40,168 bases of DNA from Nemertoderma westbladi (GCA_032718475.1 JAUCBJ010002192.1:1-40168); one strand, 5' to 3'. Shown: positions 23,206-37,474, numbered from the stretch's first letter. Notes: generated from the letters alone by a model not told the origin. Made by a program: numbers and translations.

Positions 23206-26200
23206 AACGTAAACAGTTCCTTTAATTTCTATTGTGTGTGTCTAAACGTAAACAGTTCCTTTAATTTCTATTGTGTGTGTCTAAACGTAAACAGTTCCTT
23301 TAATTTCTATTGTGTGTGTCTAAACGTAAACAGTTCCTTTAATTTCTATTGTGTGTGTCTAAACGTAAACAGTTCCTTTAATTTCTATTGTGTGTGTCTA
23401 AACGTAAACAGTTCCTTTAATTTCTATTGTGTGTGTCTAAACGTAAACAGTTCCTTTAATTTCTATTGTGTGTGTCTAAACGTAAACAGTTCCTTTAATT
23501 TCTATTGTGTGTGTCTAAACGTAAACAGTTCCTTTAATTTCTATTGTGTGTGTCTAAACGTAAACAGTTCCTTTAATTTCTATTGTGTGTGTCTAAACGT
23601 AAACAGTTCCTTTAATTTCTATTGTGTGTGTCTAAACGTAAACAGTTCCTTTAATTTCTATTGTGTGTGTCTAAACGTAAACAGTTCCTTTAATTTCTAT
23701 TGTGTGTGTCTAAACGTAAACAGTTCCTTTAATTTCTATTGTGTGTGTCTAAACGTAAACAGTTCCTTTAATTTCTATTGTGTGTGTCTAAACGTAAACA
23801 GTTCCTTTAATTTCTATTGTGTGTGTCTAAACGTAAACAGTTCCTTTAATTTCTATTGTGTGTGTCTAAACGTAAACAGTTCCTTTAATTTCTATTGTGT
23901 GTGTCTAAACGTAAACAGTTCCTTTAATTTCTATTGTGTGTGTCTAAACGTAAACAGTTCCTTTAATTTCTATTGTGTGTGTCTAAACGTAAACAGTTCC
24001 TTTAATTTCTATTGTGTGTGTCTAAACGTAAACAGTTCCTTTAATTTCTATTGTGTGTGTCTAAACGTAAACAGTTCCTTTAATTTCTATTGTGTGTGTC
24101 TAAACGTAAACAGTTCCTTTAATTTCTATTGTGTGTGTCTAAACGTAAACAGTTCCTTTAATTTCTATTGTGTGTGTCTAAACGTAAACAGTTCCTTTAA
24201 TTTCTATTGTGTGTGTCTAAACGTAAACAGTTCCTTTAATTTCTATTGTGTGTGTCTAAACGTAAACAGTTCCTTTAATTTCTATTGTGTGTGTCTAAAC
24301 GTAAACAGTTCCTTTAATTTCTATTGTGTGTGTCTAAACGTAAACAGTTCCTTTAATTTCTATTGTGTGTGTCTAAACGTAAACAGTTCCTTTAATTTCT
24401 ATTGTGTGTGTCTAAACGTAAACAGTTCCTTTAATTTCTATTGTGTGTGTCTAAACGTAAACAGTTCCTTTAATTTCTATTGTGTGTGTCTAAACGTAAA
24501 CAGTTCCTTTAATTTCTATTGTGTGTGTCTAAACGTAAACAGTTCCTTTAATTTCTATTGTGTGTGTCTAAACGTAAACAGTTCCTTTAATTTCTATTGT
24601 GTGTGTCTAAACGTAAACAGTTCCTTTAATTTCTATTGTGTGTGTCTAAACGTAAACAGTTCCTTTAATTTCTATTGTGTGTGTCTAAACGTAAACAGTT
24701 CCTTTAATTTCTATTGTGTGTGTCTAAACGTAAACAGTTCCTTTAATTTCTATTGTGTGTGTCTAAACGTAAACAGTTCCTTTAATTTCTATTGTGTGTG
24801 TCTAAACGTAAACAGTTCCTTTAATTTCTATTGTGTGTGTCTAAACGTAAACAGTTCCTTTAATTTCTATTGTGTGTGTCTAAACGTAAACAGTTCCTTT
24901 AATTTCTATTGTGTGTGTCTAAACGTAAACAGTTCCTTTAATTTCTATTGTGTGTGTCTAAACGTAAACAGTTCCTTTAATTTCTATTGTGTGTGTCTAA
25001 ACGTAAACAGTTCCTTTAATTTCTATTGTGTGTGTCTAAACGTAAACAGTTCCTTTAATTTCTATTGTGTGTGTCTAAACGTAAACAGTTCCTTTAATTT
25101 CTATTGTGTGTGTCTAAACGTAAACAGTTCCTTTAATTTCTATTGTGTGTGTCTAAACGTAAACAGTTCCTTTAATTTCTATTGTGTGTGTCTAAACGTA
25201 AACAGTTCCTTTAATTTCTATTGTGTGTGTCTAAACGTAAACAGTTCCTTTAATTTCTATTGTGTGTGTCTAAACGTAAACAGTTCCTTTAATTTCTATT
25301 GTGTGTGTCTAAACGTAAACAGTTCCTTTAATTTCTATTGTGTGTGTCTAAACGTAAACAGTTCCTTTAATTTCTATTGTGTGTGTCTAAACGTAAACAG
25401 TTCCTTTAATTTCTATTGTGTGTGTCTAAACGTAAACAGTTCCTTTAATTTCTATTGTGTGTGTCTAAACGTAAACAGTTCCTTTAATTTCTATTGTGTG
25501 TGTCTAAACGTAAACAGTTCCTTTAATTTCTATTGTGTGTGTCTAAACGTAAACAGTTCCTTTAATTTCTATTGTGTGTGTCTAAACGTAAACAGTTCCT
25601 TTAATAATTTCTATTGTGTGTGTCTAAACGTAAACAGTTCCTTTAATTTCTATTGTGTGTGTCTAAACGTAAACAGTTCCTTTAATTTCTATTGTGTGTG
25701 TCTAAACGTAAACAGTTCCTTTAATTTCTATTGTGTGTGTCTAAACGTAAACAGTTCCTTTAATTTCTATTGTGTGTGTCTAAACGTAAACAGTTCCTTT
25801 AATTTCTATTGTGTGTGTCTAAACGTAAACAGTTCCTTTAATAATTTCTATTGTGTGTGTCTAAACGTAAACAGTTCCTTTAATTTCTATTGTGTGTGTC
25901 TAAACGTAAACAGTTCCTTTAATTTCTATTGTGTGTGTCTAAACGTAAACAGTTTCTTTAATTTCTATTGTGTGTGTCTAAACGTAAACAGTTCCTTTAA
26001 TTTCTATTGTGTGTGTCTAAACGTAAACAGTTCCTTTAATTTCTATTGTGTGTGTCTAACGTAAACAGTTCCTTTAATTTCTATTGTGTGTGTCTAAACG
26101 TAAACAGTTCCTTTAATTTCTATTGTGTGTGTCTAAACGTAAACAGTTCCTTTAATTTCTATTGTGTGTGTCTAAACGTAAACAGTTCCTTTAATTTCTA

Positions 26201-28980
26201 TTGTGTGTTTCTAAACGTAAACAGTTCCTTTAATTTCTATTGTGTGTGTCTAAACGTAAACAGTTCCTTTAATTTCTATTGTGTGTGTCTAAACGTAAAC
26301 AGTTCCTTTAATTTCTATTGTGTGTTTCTAAACGTAAACAGTTCCTTTAATTTCTATTGTGTGTGTCTAAACGTAAACAGTTCCTTTAATTTCTATTGTG
26401 TGTGTCTAAACGAAACAGTTCCTTTAATTTCTATTGTGTGTTTCTAAACGTAAACAGTTCCTTTAATTTCTATTGTGTGTGTCTAAACGTAAACAGTTCC
26501 TTTAATTTCTATTGTGTGTGTCTAAACGTAAACAGTTCCTTTAATTTCTATTGTGTGTGTCTAAACGTAAACAGTTCCTTTAATTTCTATTGTGTGTGTC
26601 TAAACGTAAACAGTTCCTTTAATTTCTATTGTGTGTGTCTAAACGTAAACAGTTCCTTTAATTTCTATTGTGTGTGTCTAAACGTAAACAGTTCCTTTAA
26701 TTTCTATTGTGTGTGTCTAAACGTAAACAGTTCCTTTAATTTCTATTGTGTGTGTCTAAACGTAAACAGTTCCTTTAATTTCTATTGTGTGTGTCTAAAC
26801 GTAAACAGTTCCTTTAATTTCTATTGTGTGTGTCTAACGTAAACAGTTCCTTTAATTTCTATTGTGTGTGTCTAACGTAAACAGTTCCTTTAATTTCTAT
26901 TGTGTGTGTCTAAACGTAAACAGTTCCTTTAATTTCTATTGTGTGTGTCTAAACGTAAACAGTTCCTTTAATTTCTATTGTGTGTGTCTAAACGTAAACA
27001 GTTCCTTTAATTTCTATTGTGTGTATCTAAACGTAAACAGCTCCTTTAATTTCTATTGTGTGTGTCTAAACGTAAACAGTTCCTTTAATTTCTATTGTGT
27101 GTGTCTAAACGTAAACAGTTCCTTTAATTTCTATTGTGTGTGTCTAAACGTAAACAGTTCCTTTAATTTCTATTGTGTGTGTCTAAACGTAAACAGTTCC
27201 TTTAATTTCTATTGTGTGTGTCTAAACGTAAACAGTTCCTTTAATTTCTATTGTGTGTGTCTAACGTAAACAGTTCCTTTAATTTCTATTGTGTGTGTCT
27301 AACGTAAACAGTTCCTTTAATTTCTATTGTGTGTGTCTAAACGTAAACAGTTCCTTTAATTTCTATTGTGTGTGTCTAAACGTAAACAGTTCCTTTAATT
27401 TCTATTGTGTGTTTCTAAACGTAAACAGTTCCTTTAATTTCTATTGTGTGTGTCTAAACGTAAACAGTTCCTTTAATTTCTATTGTGTGTGTCTAAACGT
27501 AAACAGTTCCTTTAATTTCTATTGTGTGTTTCTAAACGTAAACAGTTCCTTTAATTTCTATTGTGTGTGTCTAAACGTAAACAGTTCCTTTAATTTCTAT
27601 TGTGTGTGTCTAAACGTAAACAGTTCCTTTAATTTCTATTGTGTGTTTCTAAACGTAAAGAGTTCCTTTAATTTCTATTGTGTGTGTCTAAACGTAAACA
27701 GTTCCTTTAATTTCTATTGTGTGTGTCTAAACGTAAACAGTTCCTTTAATTTCTATTGTGTGTGTCTAAACGTAAACAGTTCCTTTAATTTCTATTGTGT
27801 GTTTCTAAACGTAAACAGTTCCTTTAATTTCTATTGTGTGTGTCTAAACGTAAACAGTTCCTTTAATTTCTATTGTGTGTGTCTAAACGTAAACAGTTCC
27901 TTTAATTTCTATTGTGTGTTTCTAAACGTAAACAGTTCCTTTAATTTCTATTGTGTGTGTCTAAACGTAAACAGTTCCTTTAATTTCTATTGTGTGTTTC
28001 TAAACGTAAAGAGTTCCTTTAATTTCTATTGTGTGTGTCTAAACGTAAACAGTTCCTTTAATTTCTATTGTGTGTGTCTAAACGTAAACAGTTCCTTTAA
28101 TTTCTATTGTGTGTGTCTAAACGTAAACAGTTCCTTTAATTTCTATTGTGTGTGTCTAAACGTAAACAGTTCCTTTAATTTCTATTGTGTGTGTCTAAAC
28201 GTAAACAGTTCCTTTAATTTCTATTGTGTGTGTCTAAACGTAAACAGTTCCTTTAATTTCTATTGTGTGTGTCTAAACGTAAACAGTTCCTTTAATTTCT
28301 ATTGTGTGTGTCTAACGTAAACAGTTCCTTTAATTTCTATTGTGTGTGTCTAACGTAAACAGTTCCTTTAATTTCTATTGTGTGTGTCTAAACGTAAACA
28401 GTTCCTTTAATTTCTATTGTGTGTGTCTAAACGTAAACAGTTCCTTTAATTTCTATTGTGTGTGTCTAAACGTAAACAGTTCCTTTAATTTCTATTGTGT
28501 GTATCTAAACGTAAAGAGCTCCTTTAATTTCTATTGTGTGTGTCTAAACGTAAACAGTTCCTTTAATTTCTATTGTGTGTGTCTAAACGTAAACAGTTCC
28601 TTTAATTTCTATTGTGTGTGTCTAAACGTAAACAGTTCCTTTAATTTCTATTGTGTGTGTCTAAACGTAAACAGTTCCTTTAATTTCTATTGTGTGTGTC
28701 TAAACGTAAACAGTTCCTTTAATTTCTATTGTGTGTATCTAAACGTACAGCTCCTTTAATTTCTATTGTGTGTGTCTAAACGTAAACAGTTCCTTTAATT
28801 TCTATTGTGTGTGTCAAACGTAAACTGTTACTTTAATTTCTATTGTGTGTGTCAAACGTAAACAGTTCCTTTAATTTCTATTGTGTGTTTCTAAACGTAA
28901 ACAGTTCCTTTAATTTCTATTGTGTATGTCTAAACGTAAACAGTTCCTTTAATTCCTATTGTGTGTTTCTCAAACAGTTC
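23206..28980. repeat. 39-bp tandem satellite, about 148 copies (CTAAACGTAAACAGTTCCTTTAATTTCTATTGTGTGTGT)
   Basis: Directly visible; copy number estimated as length divided by 39. Confidence 0.98.
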
Positions 28981-29945
28981 CAGTTCGTTTGATTCCTATT
29001 GTGTTTTTCCTATAAATAGTTCCCATAGTTGATCTAGGCCGTTCCCATATTGTTGTACCGGTATGTTATTGAATAGTTACGGTAATTCATATTATCTGTC
29101 TCATCACACTCCCGTCACTATACTCAACTTTCAGAATTTTCACTTCACATTTACTAATAATGTAAAAAAATTGTTAACATTTGTTAAAAAATTACTTATA
29201 AGTTTTTTTTTGTTATTTCGTATAGCTTCTTTGGTATTGTAGATTGATCCTAATTATTTATTTTTAGTTGTAAGGAAACTGAGCAATGGGATGCGTTGTA
29301 ATAATGTATTAGCGGTAGGTAATTAGGCATACTCTTGAGAAAAATTAATTGGCCAATCACGCTTCAGATATTTGTTCATTCTCAACCAATAAGGAACCAG
29401 TACAATAATTTGTAACATTTTTTTTCAATTTTTATATAAAATATAACAATTCATTTTTTCATTACATGGCCACAATCCAATCAATGATGTGATTTTGCAC
29501 GGATGATTTTACATTTAAATAATTTTACAAAACTGTTCTTCAAGCCGCACTGAAATACATCTAAAAATGATTTCTCGGGGATCCGTTTATACAATAGCAG
29601 CCTTGTCTATAACAATATCAGGTAAGTGTCCAGTTTCTATATAAAATTTTGATTTTTAAAATGGTCATAAATTAGCTCCCAAATTCAAAATCAGTAATAT
29701 TCAAGTTTAAATTTGCCGTGTGTTCTCATCAACATTTACTCCTACGGTACATTTTCGTAGCAGTAGACGGAGGTCCGACACGGCAGTAGCCTAAGCGAAG
29801 ATTTAGAAAGTTTCTAAGTAAATTAATTTTAAAATATATTTTTTTTTTACATTCTTTCAATATTATTTATTATTTAATTATTTAAACAGGATATAAAATT
29901 ATTATTATTATGTAAAATTCTGGATGCACTGCACAGTAAACTGTG

Positions 29946-31169
29946 TACCAATATATTAAACTGTAGACCTCTATAGCTAGTAGAGTAGTTCCAGTTCGTC
30001 AATCGCCAACGTCTACCAATATATTAAACTGTTGATCTAGCTAGTAGAGTAGTTCCAGTTCGTCCATCGCCAACGTCTACCAATATATTAAACTGTTGAT
30101 CTAGCTAGTAGAGTAGTTCCAGTTCGTCCATCGCCAACGTCTACCAATATATTAAACTGTTGATCTAGCTAGTAGAGTAGTTCCAGTTCGTCCATCGCCA
30201 ACGTCTACCAATATATTAAACTGTTGATCTAGCTAGTAGAGTAGTTCCAGTTCGTCCATCGCCAACGTCTACCAATATATTAAACTGTTGATCTAGCTAG
30301 TAGAGTAGTTCCAGTTCGTCCATCGCCAACGTCTACCAATATATTAAACTGTTGATCTAGCTAGTAGAGTAGTTCCAGTTCGTCCATCGCCAACGTCTAC
30401 CAATATATTAAACTGTTGATCTAGCTAGTAGAGTAGTTCCAGTTCGTCCATCGCCAACGTCTACCAATATATTAAACTGTTGATCTAGCTAGTAGAGTAG
30501 TTCCAGTTCGTCCATCGCCAACGTCTACCAATATATTAAACTGTTGATCTAGCTAGTAGAGTAGTTCCAGTTCGTCCATCGCCAACGTCTACCAATATAT
30601 TAAACTGTTGATCTAGCTAGTAGAGTAGTTCCAGTTCGTCCATCGCCAACGTCTACCAATATATTAAACTGTTGATCTAGCTAGTAGAGTAGTTCCAGTT
30701 CGTCCATCGCCAACGTCTACCAATATATTAAACTGTTGATCTAGCTAGTAGAGTAGTTCCAGTTCGTCCATCGCCAACGTCTACCAATATATTAAACTGT
30801 TGATCTAGCTAGTAGAGTAGTTCCAGTTCGTCCATCGCCAACGTCTACCAATATATTAAACTGTTGATCTAGCTAGTAGAGTAGTTCCAGTTCGTCCATC
30901 GCCAACGTCTACCAATATATTAAACTGTTGATCTAGCTAGTAGAGTAGTTCCAGTTCGTCCATCGCCAACGTCTACCAATATATTAAACTGTTGATCTAG
31001 CTAGTAGAGTAGTTCCAGTTCGTCCAATCGCCAACGTCTACCAATATATTAAACTGTTGATCTAGCTAGTAGAGTAGTTCCAGTTCGTCAATCGCCAACG
31101 TCTACCAATATATTAAACTGTTGATCTAGCTAGTAGAGTAGTTCCAGTTCGTCCATCGCCAACGTCTAC
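29946..31169. repeat. 64-bp tandem repeat, about 19 copies
   Basis: Unit TACCAATATATTAAACTGTTGATCTAGCTAGTAGAGTAGTTCCAGTTCGTCCATCGCCAACGTC; period 64 (30014 to 30078). Confidence 0.98.
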
Positions 31170-31272
31170 TTCTATTAGTTTCCGGATTACACCATGTGGT
31201 TTTCTTTCCCCACTATCCTCTGGATGATCCGTATTAACGGTTATTATCCCATTAACAACTGTAATTCTGCCA

Positions 31273-33389
31273 GTTAATAGTAGTTAATGTATTAGTGATT
31301 ATTAGTGGTTATTAATGTATTATTATAGTATGGTTAATAGTAGTTAATGTATTAGTGATTATTAGTGGTTATTAATGTATTATTATAGTATGGTTAATAG
31401 TAGTTAATGTATTAGTGATTATTAGTGGTTATTAATGTATTATTATAGTATGGTTAATAGTAGTTAATGTATTAGTGATTATTAGTGGTTATTAATGTAT
31501 TATTATAGTATGGTTAATAGTAGTTAATGTATTAGTGATTATTAGTGGTTATTAATGTATTATTATAGTATGGTTAATAGTAGTTAATGTATTAGTGATT
31601 ATTAGTGGTTATTAATGTATTATTATAGTATGGTTAATAGTAGTTAATGTATTAGTGATTATTAGTGGTTATTAATGTATTATTATAGTATGGTTAATAG
31701 TAGTTAATGTATTAGTGATTATTAGTGGTTATTAATGTATTATTATAGTATGGTTAATAGTAGTTAATGTATTAGTGATTATTAGTGGTTATTAATGTAT
31801 TATTATAGTATGGTTAATAGTAGTTAATGTATTAGTGATTATTAGTGGTTATTAATGTATTATTATAGTATGGTTAATAGTAGTTAATGTATTAGTGATT
31901 ATTAGTGGTTATTAATGTATTATTATAGTATGGTTAATAGTAGTTAATGTATTAGTGATTATTAGTGGTTATTAATGTATTATTATAGTATGGTTAATAG
32001 TAGTTAATGTATTAGTGATTATTAGTGGTTATTAATGTATTATTATAGTATGGTTAATAGTAGTTAATGTATTAGTGATTATTAGTGGTTATTAATGTAT
32101 TATTATAGTATGGTTAATAGTAGTTAATGTATTAGTGATTATTAGTGGTTATTAATGTATTATTATAGTATGGTTAATAGTAGTTAATGTATTAGTGATT
32201 ATTAGTGGTTATTAATGTATTATTATAGTATGGTTAATAGTAGTTAATGTATTAGTGATTATTAGTGGTTATTAATGTATTATTATAGTATGGTTAATAG
32301 TAGTTAATGTATTAGTGATTATTAGTGGTTATTAATGTATTATTATAGTATGGTTAATAGTAGTTAATGTATTAGTGATTATTAGTGGTTATTAATGTAT
32401 TATTATAGTATGGTTAATAGTAGTTAATGTATTAGTGATTATTAGTGGTTATTAATGTATTATTATAGTATGGTTAATAGTAGTTAATGTATTAGTGATT
32501 ATTAGTGGTTATTAATGTATTATTATAGTATGGTTAATAGTAGTTAATGTATTAGTGATTATTAGTGGTTATTAATGTATTATTATAGTATGGTTAATAG
32601 TAGTTAATGTATTAGTGATTATTAGTGGTTATTAATGTATTATTATAGTATGGTTAATAGTAGTTAATGTATTAGTGATTATTAGTGGTTATTAATGTAT
32701 TATTATAGTATGGTTAATAGTAGTTAATGTATTAGTGATTATTAGTGGTTATTAATGTATTATTATAGTATGGTTAATAGTAGTTAATGTATTAGTGATT
32801 ATTAGTGGTTATTAATGTATTATTATAGTATGGTTAATAGTAGTTAATGTATTAGTGATTATTAGTGGTTATTAATGTATTATTATAGTATGGTTAATAG
32901 TAGTTAATGTATTAGTGATTATTAGTGGTTATTAATGTATTATTATAGTATGGTTAATAGTAGTTAATGTATTAGTGATTATTAGTGGTTATTAATGTAT
33001 TATTATAGTATGGTTAATAGTAGTTAATGTATTAGTGATTATTAGTGGTTATTAATGTATTATTATAGTATGGTTAATAGTAGTTAATGTATTAGTGATT
33101 ATTAGTGGTTATTAATGTATTATTATAGTATGGTTAATAGTAGTTAATGTATTAGTGATTATTAGTGGTTATTAATGTATTATTATAGTATGGTTAATAG
33201 TAGTTAATGTATTAGTGATTATTAGTGGTTATTAATGTATTATTATAGTATGGTTAATAGTAGTTAATGTATTAGTGATTATTAGTGGTTATTAATGTAT
33301 TATTATAGTATGGTTAATAGTAGTTAATGTATTAGTGATTATTAGTGGTTATTAATGTATTATTATAGTATGGTTAATAGTAGTTAATG
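31273..33389. repeat. 60-bp perfect tandem repeat, about 35 copies, with no C on the + strand
   Basis: Successive 60-nt lines are identical: TATTATAGTATGGTTAATAGTAGTTAATGTATTAGTGATTATTAGTGGTTATTAATGTAT. Confidence 0.98.
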
Positions 33390-34704
33390 GATTCTCTTTC
33401 TTCTTTGCACAACAATTTATGCACTCATAATACTCGTTTGTGATGGTATTATTACGTTACTACGTTTCTTATTCAACCGAAATTCAAGAATTCTACTTGG
33501 CCATTCTACTTGAACTATTTTGTTCTTACGATTGTGTGATTCACATTAAATCGGAGCGACATGATTAAATTCCATCGCTTCGACGAGAAAACTAGAGTAA
33601 TGTGACTGGAATTATATGCTGTACTATGTTGTATAAGAGAGCTTTAGAGATAAAGAGAGGTTTAAAAGTATTTTGTTTCTTTGTTATTTGCACAATAGAT
33701 CAATAATGCTATGTATACGTTGGCCATTTATGAGTGTTTCATATATCATGCTACGTGAGTTACAATTCACATGACTGCGTGGGAGAGATTTCCAGATAAA
33801 TTTCAAATCTTCGTCCTGGTCATTCGAACCTTCGTCATGGGATAATAAACAACTAAAGTTTGTTATCTTTGGCCCATACAAACTTTGTTCGTCTCATTCG
33901 GACCTTCGACCCATTACCCAGTTGTTTAGGTAGACGTTTAGGCAGCCATAATCTACAGAAATAATATAGAATCTTCGACTGGTTGTTTGGTGAGCCACGA
34001 AGTAAGCGAGTTTTATTAGCTTATGGGTACAGCTGTTTCAACTGTTGTCTGTCGGTTTGTTTGTCTTTCGGTCTGTCTATCGGCAAATGCAAACGTGGAA
34101 AAACTCTCTTTCTTGTATTTTTCGTGCCACATATTCACATTTTAAAAATACCATAATCAACCAGAAACAAAATTTTTCAGTGTCATATACGAATTCAGCT
34201 ACACGGAAACAAACGCATAAAGTTCATAAAACCACGTTGATTTGTTAATGATTTATCATTATCAAATATGTTCTTTGCACTGCTGTACTTGTTTTTTCGT
34301 GCCAAGGGGGTAGACCTACTGTACAATCAAAATTACCCGAAAGTTTCTTTGAATGTTATATTTGAGTTTTATAATTCTGATCAGTATCCAAAAAACCGTT
34401 TTATATCGAAAATAAATTTTAGCTGCCAAATACCTTTTGAAAATTTTCGTATGACAAATACTGGAGAGCCCGAATGAAACCACAGCACAAAAACAAACAT
34501 AGCTACTGTATATACTGTAATTGGCGTTTGCGAGGTTGGATAGCCCAATAAATTTTATGAAAAGTGACGAAATCTCAGTTTTCCCAACACACCTGGCTCA
34601 AAGATTACACAAAAATTATAAATTTATCTCCCCGCAGGCCAAATTGGAACACTGGGATAATGATGATTCTGCTGGGGGAATAAGGAACAAGTTTGAATTG
34701 TGGG

Positions 34705-35230
34705 GCGAGCCACGAAAGTAAGTGAGCTTAGCACACGGGTATCACAAAGTCAATTGGAGTGTCTGTCTTTCTGTTGTTCTGTCGCGTCCAATTTCTAAAC
34801 GAAGTTAATCCTCGATAAAATCTAACCAAACTTGGTACACATGTTGCTTAGCAAAAGTTTAGAAATTTTCCAAGTAGAATTTGCGTGTGGCTTTCGAGAA
34901 GCTAAGATAATGCAGTTAATTAGTTGATTACAGTAAAAAAACAGCATATTTCTGGCGGACCTTTAATGGGAAATAATTATTTTCTAGTATAAGATTTAAA
35001 TAATTATACTTAAAAATTATACAGCTGGAATCCCCATATCCCATTCCATAATAGTGTTTAATTAGTTCAAATGATTTACATTAAGAAATGTGTCTTCAAT
35101 TTTAATTGACCTATACGTAATTTACTCATTAAAATTCCCCGTATCTCCATTCTATACTTTCAGGTCTCTCATTCCATGGTGTGCTTGCTTTTGCATAGCT
35201 GGGAACCACCCCAACCACCCCCCCCCCCCT
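34705..35230 (+). mobile_element. Second copy of the HINE-like interspersed element; a related 5' end lies at about 33992-34085
   Basis: Shares GGCGAGCCACGAA, CCAAACTTGGTACACATGTTG, CAAAAGTTTAGAA, TTCGAGAAGCTAAGATAAT and AGTATAAGATTTAAATAATTATACTTAAAAATTATACAG with 9762-10200. Confidence 0.65.
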
Positions 35231-36178
35231 TCCCACAGATTTCGTGCGCGAGAGGTTACCTTAAGGTTAGAAGAAGTTACCTAGGTCTACAAAGAAGCGT
35301 AGGGAGAAATCCAAACCGATGGAAAAGCGAAATTGGCCTAAGAAAGAGTTAAAGACAACAGTAGTGCTTTGAGAAAAACCTACTTAAATTGTCGCCGCCC
35401 AAAAAGGAGGAGATAGAGCAAATTCAAAGAGAGCACACTATTCTTGGTTGTATCCCATGGTGGCATAATCACCACCAAATATAATAACAGAATCAGGAAA
35501 CGTAAAAGATATATTTATTAACCATTAACTGAAACCTGGTCAAAATAAATACTGACTATTATTCTTATTCAAAATTACCAAGTCACATGAAGTTTATTAT
35601 CAATAATATCAAATAATATATATCGAATAATATCAATAAATGTTTTTACGCCATCATCATTAACTTTATTAAACCCGGAGGATGTGGGGAGTAATACGAC
35701 CCCACCCGTGCCGTGGTTTAGCAATTATGTTTCTCAATGAAACAGCGTTCGGATCTGAACTTACAACTTTTCCAAAAAACCTTTTCAAGATATAGCACTT
35801 ATGAATTGTACCATACCGTCATCTCATTTTTTTGTTCCACGGTCTTTTGGGGTTCGGAATTCGACGGAGAAATGTGCTAGAGACTTGAAACTTGTTATTA
35901 TTGTGGTGTTAAATTATGTACCAAATTGAAGAACCAAAAGAAAATCTATCTGTTCTGAATCCAACGGAATGAATCAAAAAGGAACTGGACACCGGAACTG
36001 GAACTGGAGTTCTGGTTACTTGTTTATTTTGTCATACAGTATTGTACCTACGTAGATTCCAAAACTGATATTTATACTGTAGTAAGTCATTGATTTTAAA
36101 ATGTATTTTTCAGCGTCCCAAAAAAAGCTTAACTTTTATATCTTTTCATTATATGTTTTTTGTTTTTTGTTCATTATG

Positions 36179-36540
36179 ACTGCCAACATTTTCACACTTA
36201 GGTTAGCACTATATTCAATTTACTCTTAAAATATTAATCTGCTAACATTTACACAGTGCAGTTAGCGCTATATTAACTTTACTTGTAAAATATTATACTG
36301 CTAACATTTACACACAAAGTTAGCACTACAGAAGATTCAACCAATATATTGATGCACACATGAGACGCTAGGGGGCGCATCGTAATTTACACATACACAT
36401 GTCCGAGTTTACAAAAACTTTAAAGTGCTAACAGCCAATACAAACTGAAAGCAAATTTGCACCAATCATGTCTTTAGAATTCATTTGGCAGGTTTGGTTA
36501 GCACTTTAAGTTAGCACTTTAAAAAAGTTAGCACTTTAGC
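36179..36540. repeat. Three diverged units of about 59 bp, each with a GCTAAC..GTTAGC-type palindrome, followed by GTTAGCACTTTA repeats
   Basis: Units start at about 36179, 36239 and 36298. GTTAGCACTTTA occurs three times at 36497-36538. Confidence 0.65.
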
Positions 36541-37474
36541 TTAAAAAGCTGCTGTGTAGTTAGACATTTAGGGGTTCTACAGACACCACCTAACCGCTAC
36601 TCAAGTGAAGGGAAATTACATCTATATGACAGGGATCAGTGTAAGGAGCCAGATTTACTATAAGCTAGCTTGCTTATTGTTTATGATTATATTTATTTTA
36701 AAACACAAATTTTAATTCAACAAAAACACAAATTTCACAAACGTTAATACCTGCCTGTTATCAATCCTCTGTGCGCCTTTGGGTTGTTGGGGTGGTTCAG
36801 ATTAAGAGCGGGGTTAAAAGGGAGGAACTTTCCCCGGTTTGGTTAAATTTCTTAAGTACTGATTGAATGGATGGTATTTATGATTTTACTTTTAACTCAT
36901 ATTTTAAGTTGGTACACACCAATATACGGATATGAGAGGAATCCGATTGCCAGTTATTTGCACGTAATGACGTCATAACTAACATTCCCTTATGAATTAA
37001 CGAGGTCGCTTTGATGGATTACATTATAATGCAGTTATGCCAATAGGTTTTGGATAGCACTACTACTCTCGGATTCCCGAAAACCTTTCATTGAAACGTT
37101 TTCATTATTTGCTTGTAGGATTATATTACCCCATCATACAATAAGTTCAAAAAAATTACTCATTATGGCTCATAAATTTTTCTATTATTTCTACTCACTG
37201 CAGAACGGTTCATTGAAAACTAGGAAATTATAGAATGTTAACATTTTAATATCAAATTATACTGTCACTATTTATATATGAATTTATTTACGAGACTACT
37301 GGATAGATTGACAGATATGATTGTAGGCTTTCAGGTGCACAGCACACATTGGTTGTTTACATGACTAGTTAGGCTCCTATTGGGAAAAGGTACGCAACAT
37401 GTTGATTTTGTAATTAAGAATCGCGTACAATGACAAATAGGGTTTTATAGGATTCCAATTCAAACAAATAACGT

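Noticed and set aside
23236-28759. 942-aa and following (CLNVNSSFNFYCV)n ORFs
   Set aside because: The 39-bp unit is divisible by 3 and happens to lack a stop in one frame. There is no ATG start, no synonymous variation, and frameshifting variants occur.
29946-31169. Ribozyme-bearing satellite (retrozyme-like)
   Set aside because: No CTGANGA/GAAA hammerhead core on either strand of the 64-bp unit.
23206-33389. CRISPR array
   Set aside because: Head-to-tail repeats without unique spacers, no cas genes, eukaryotic context.
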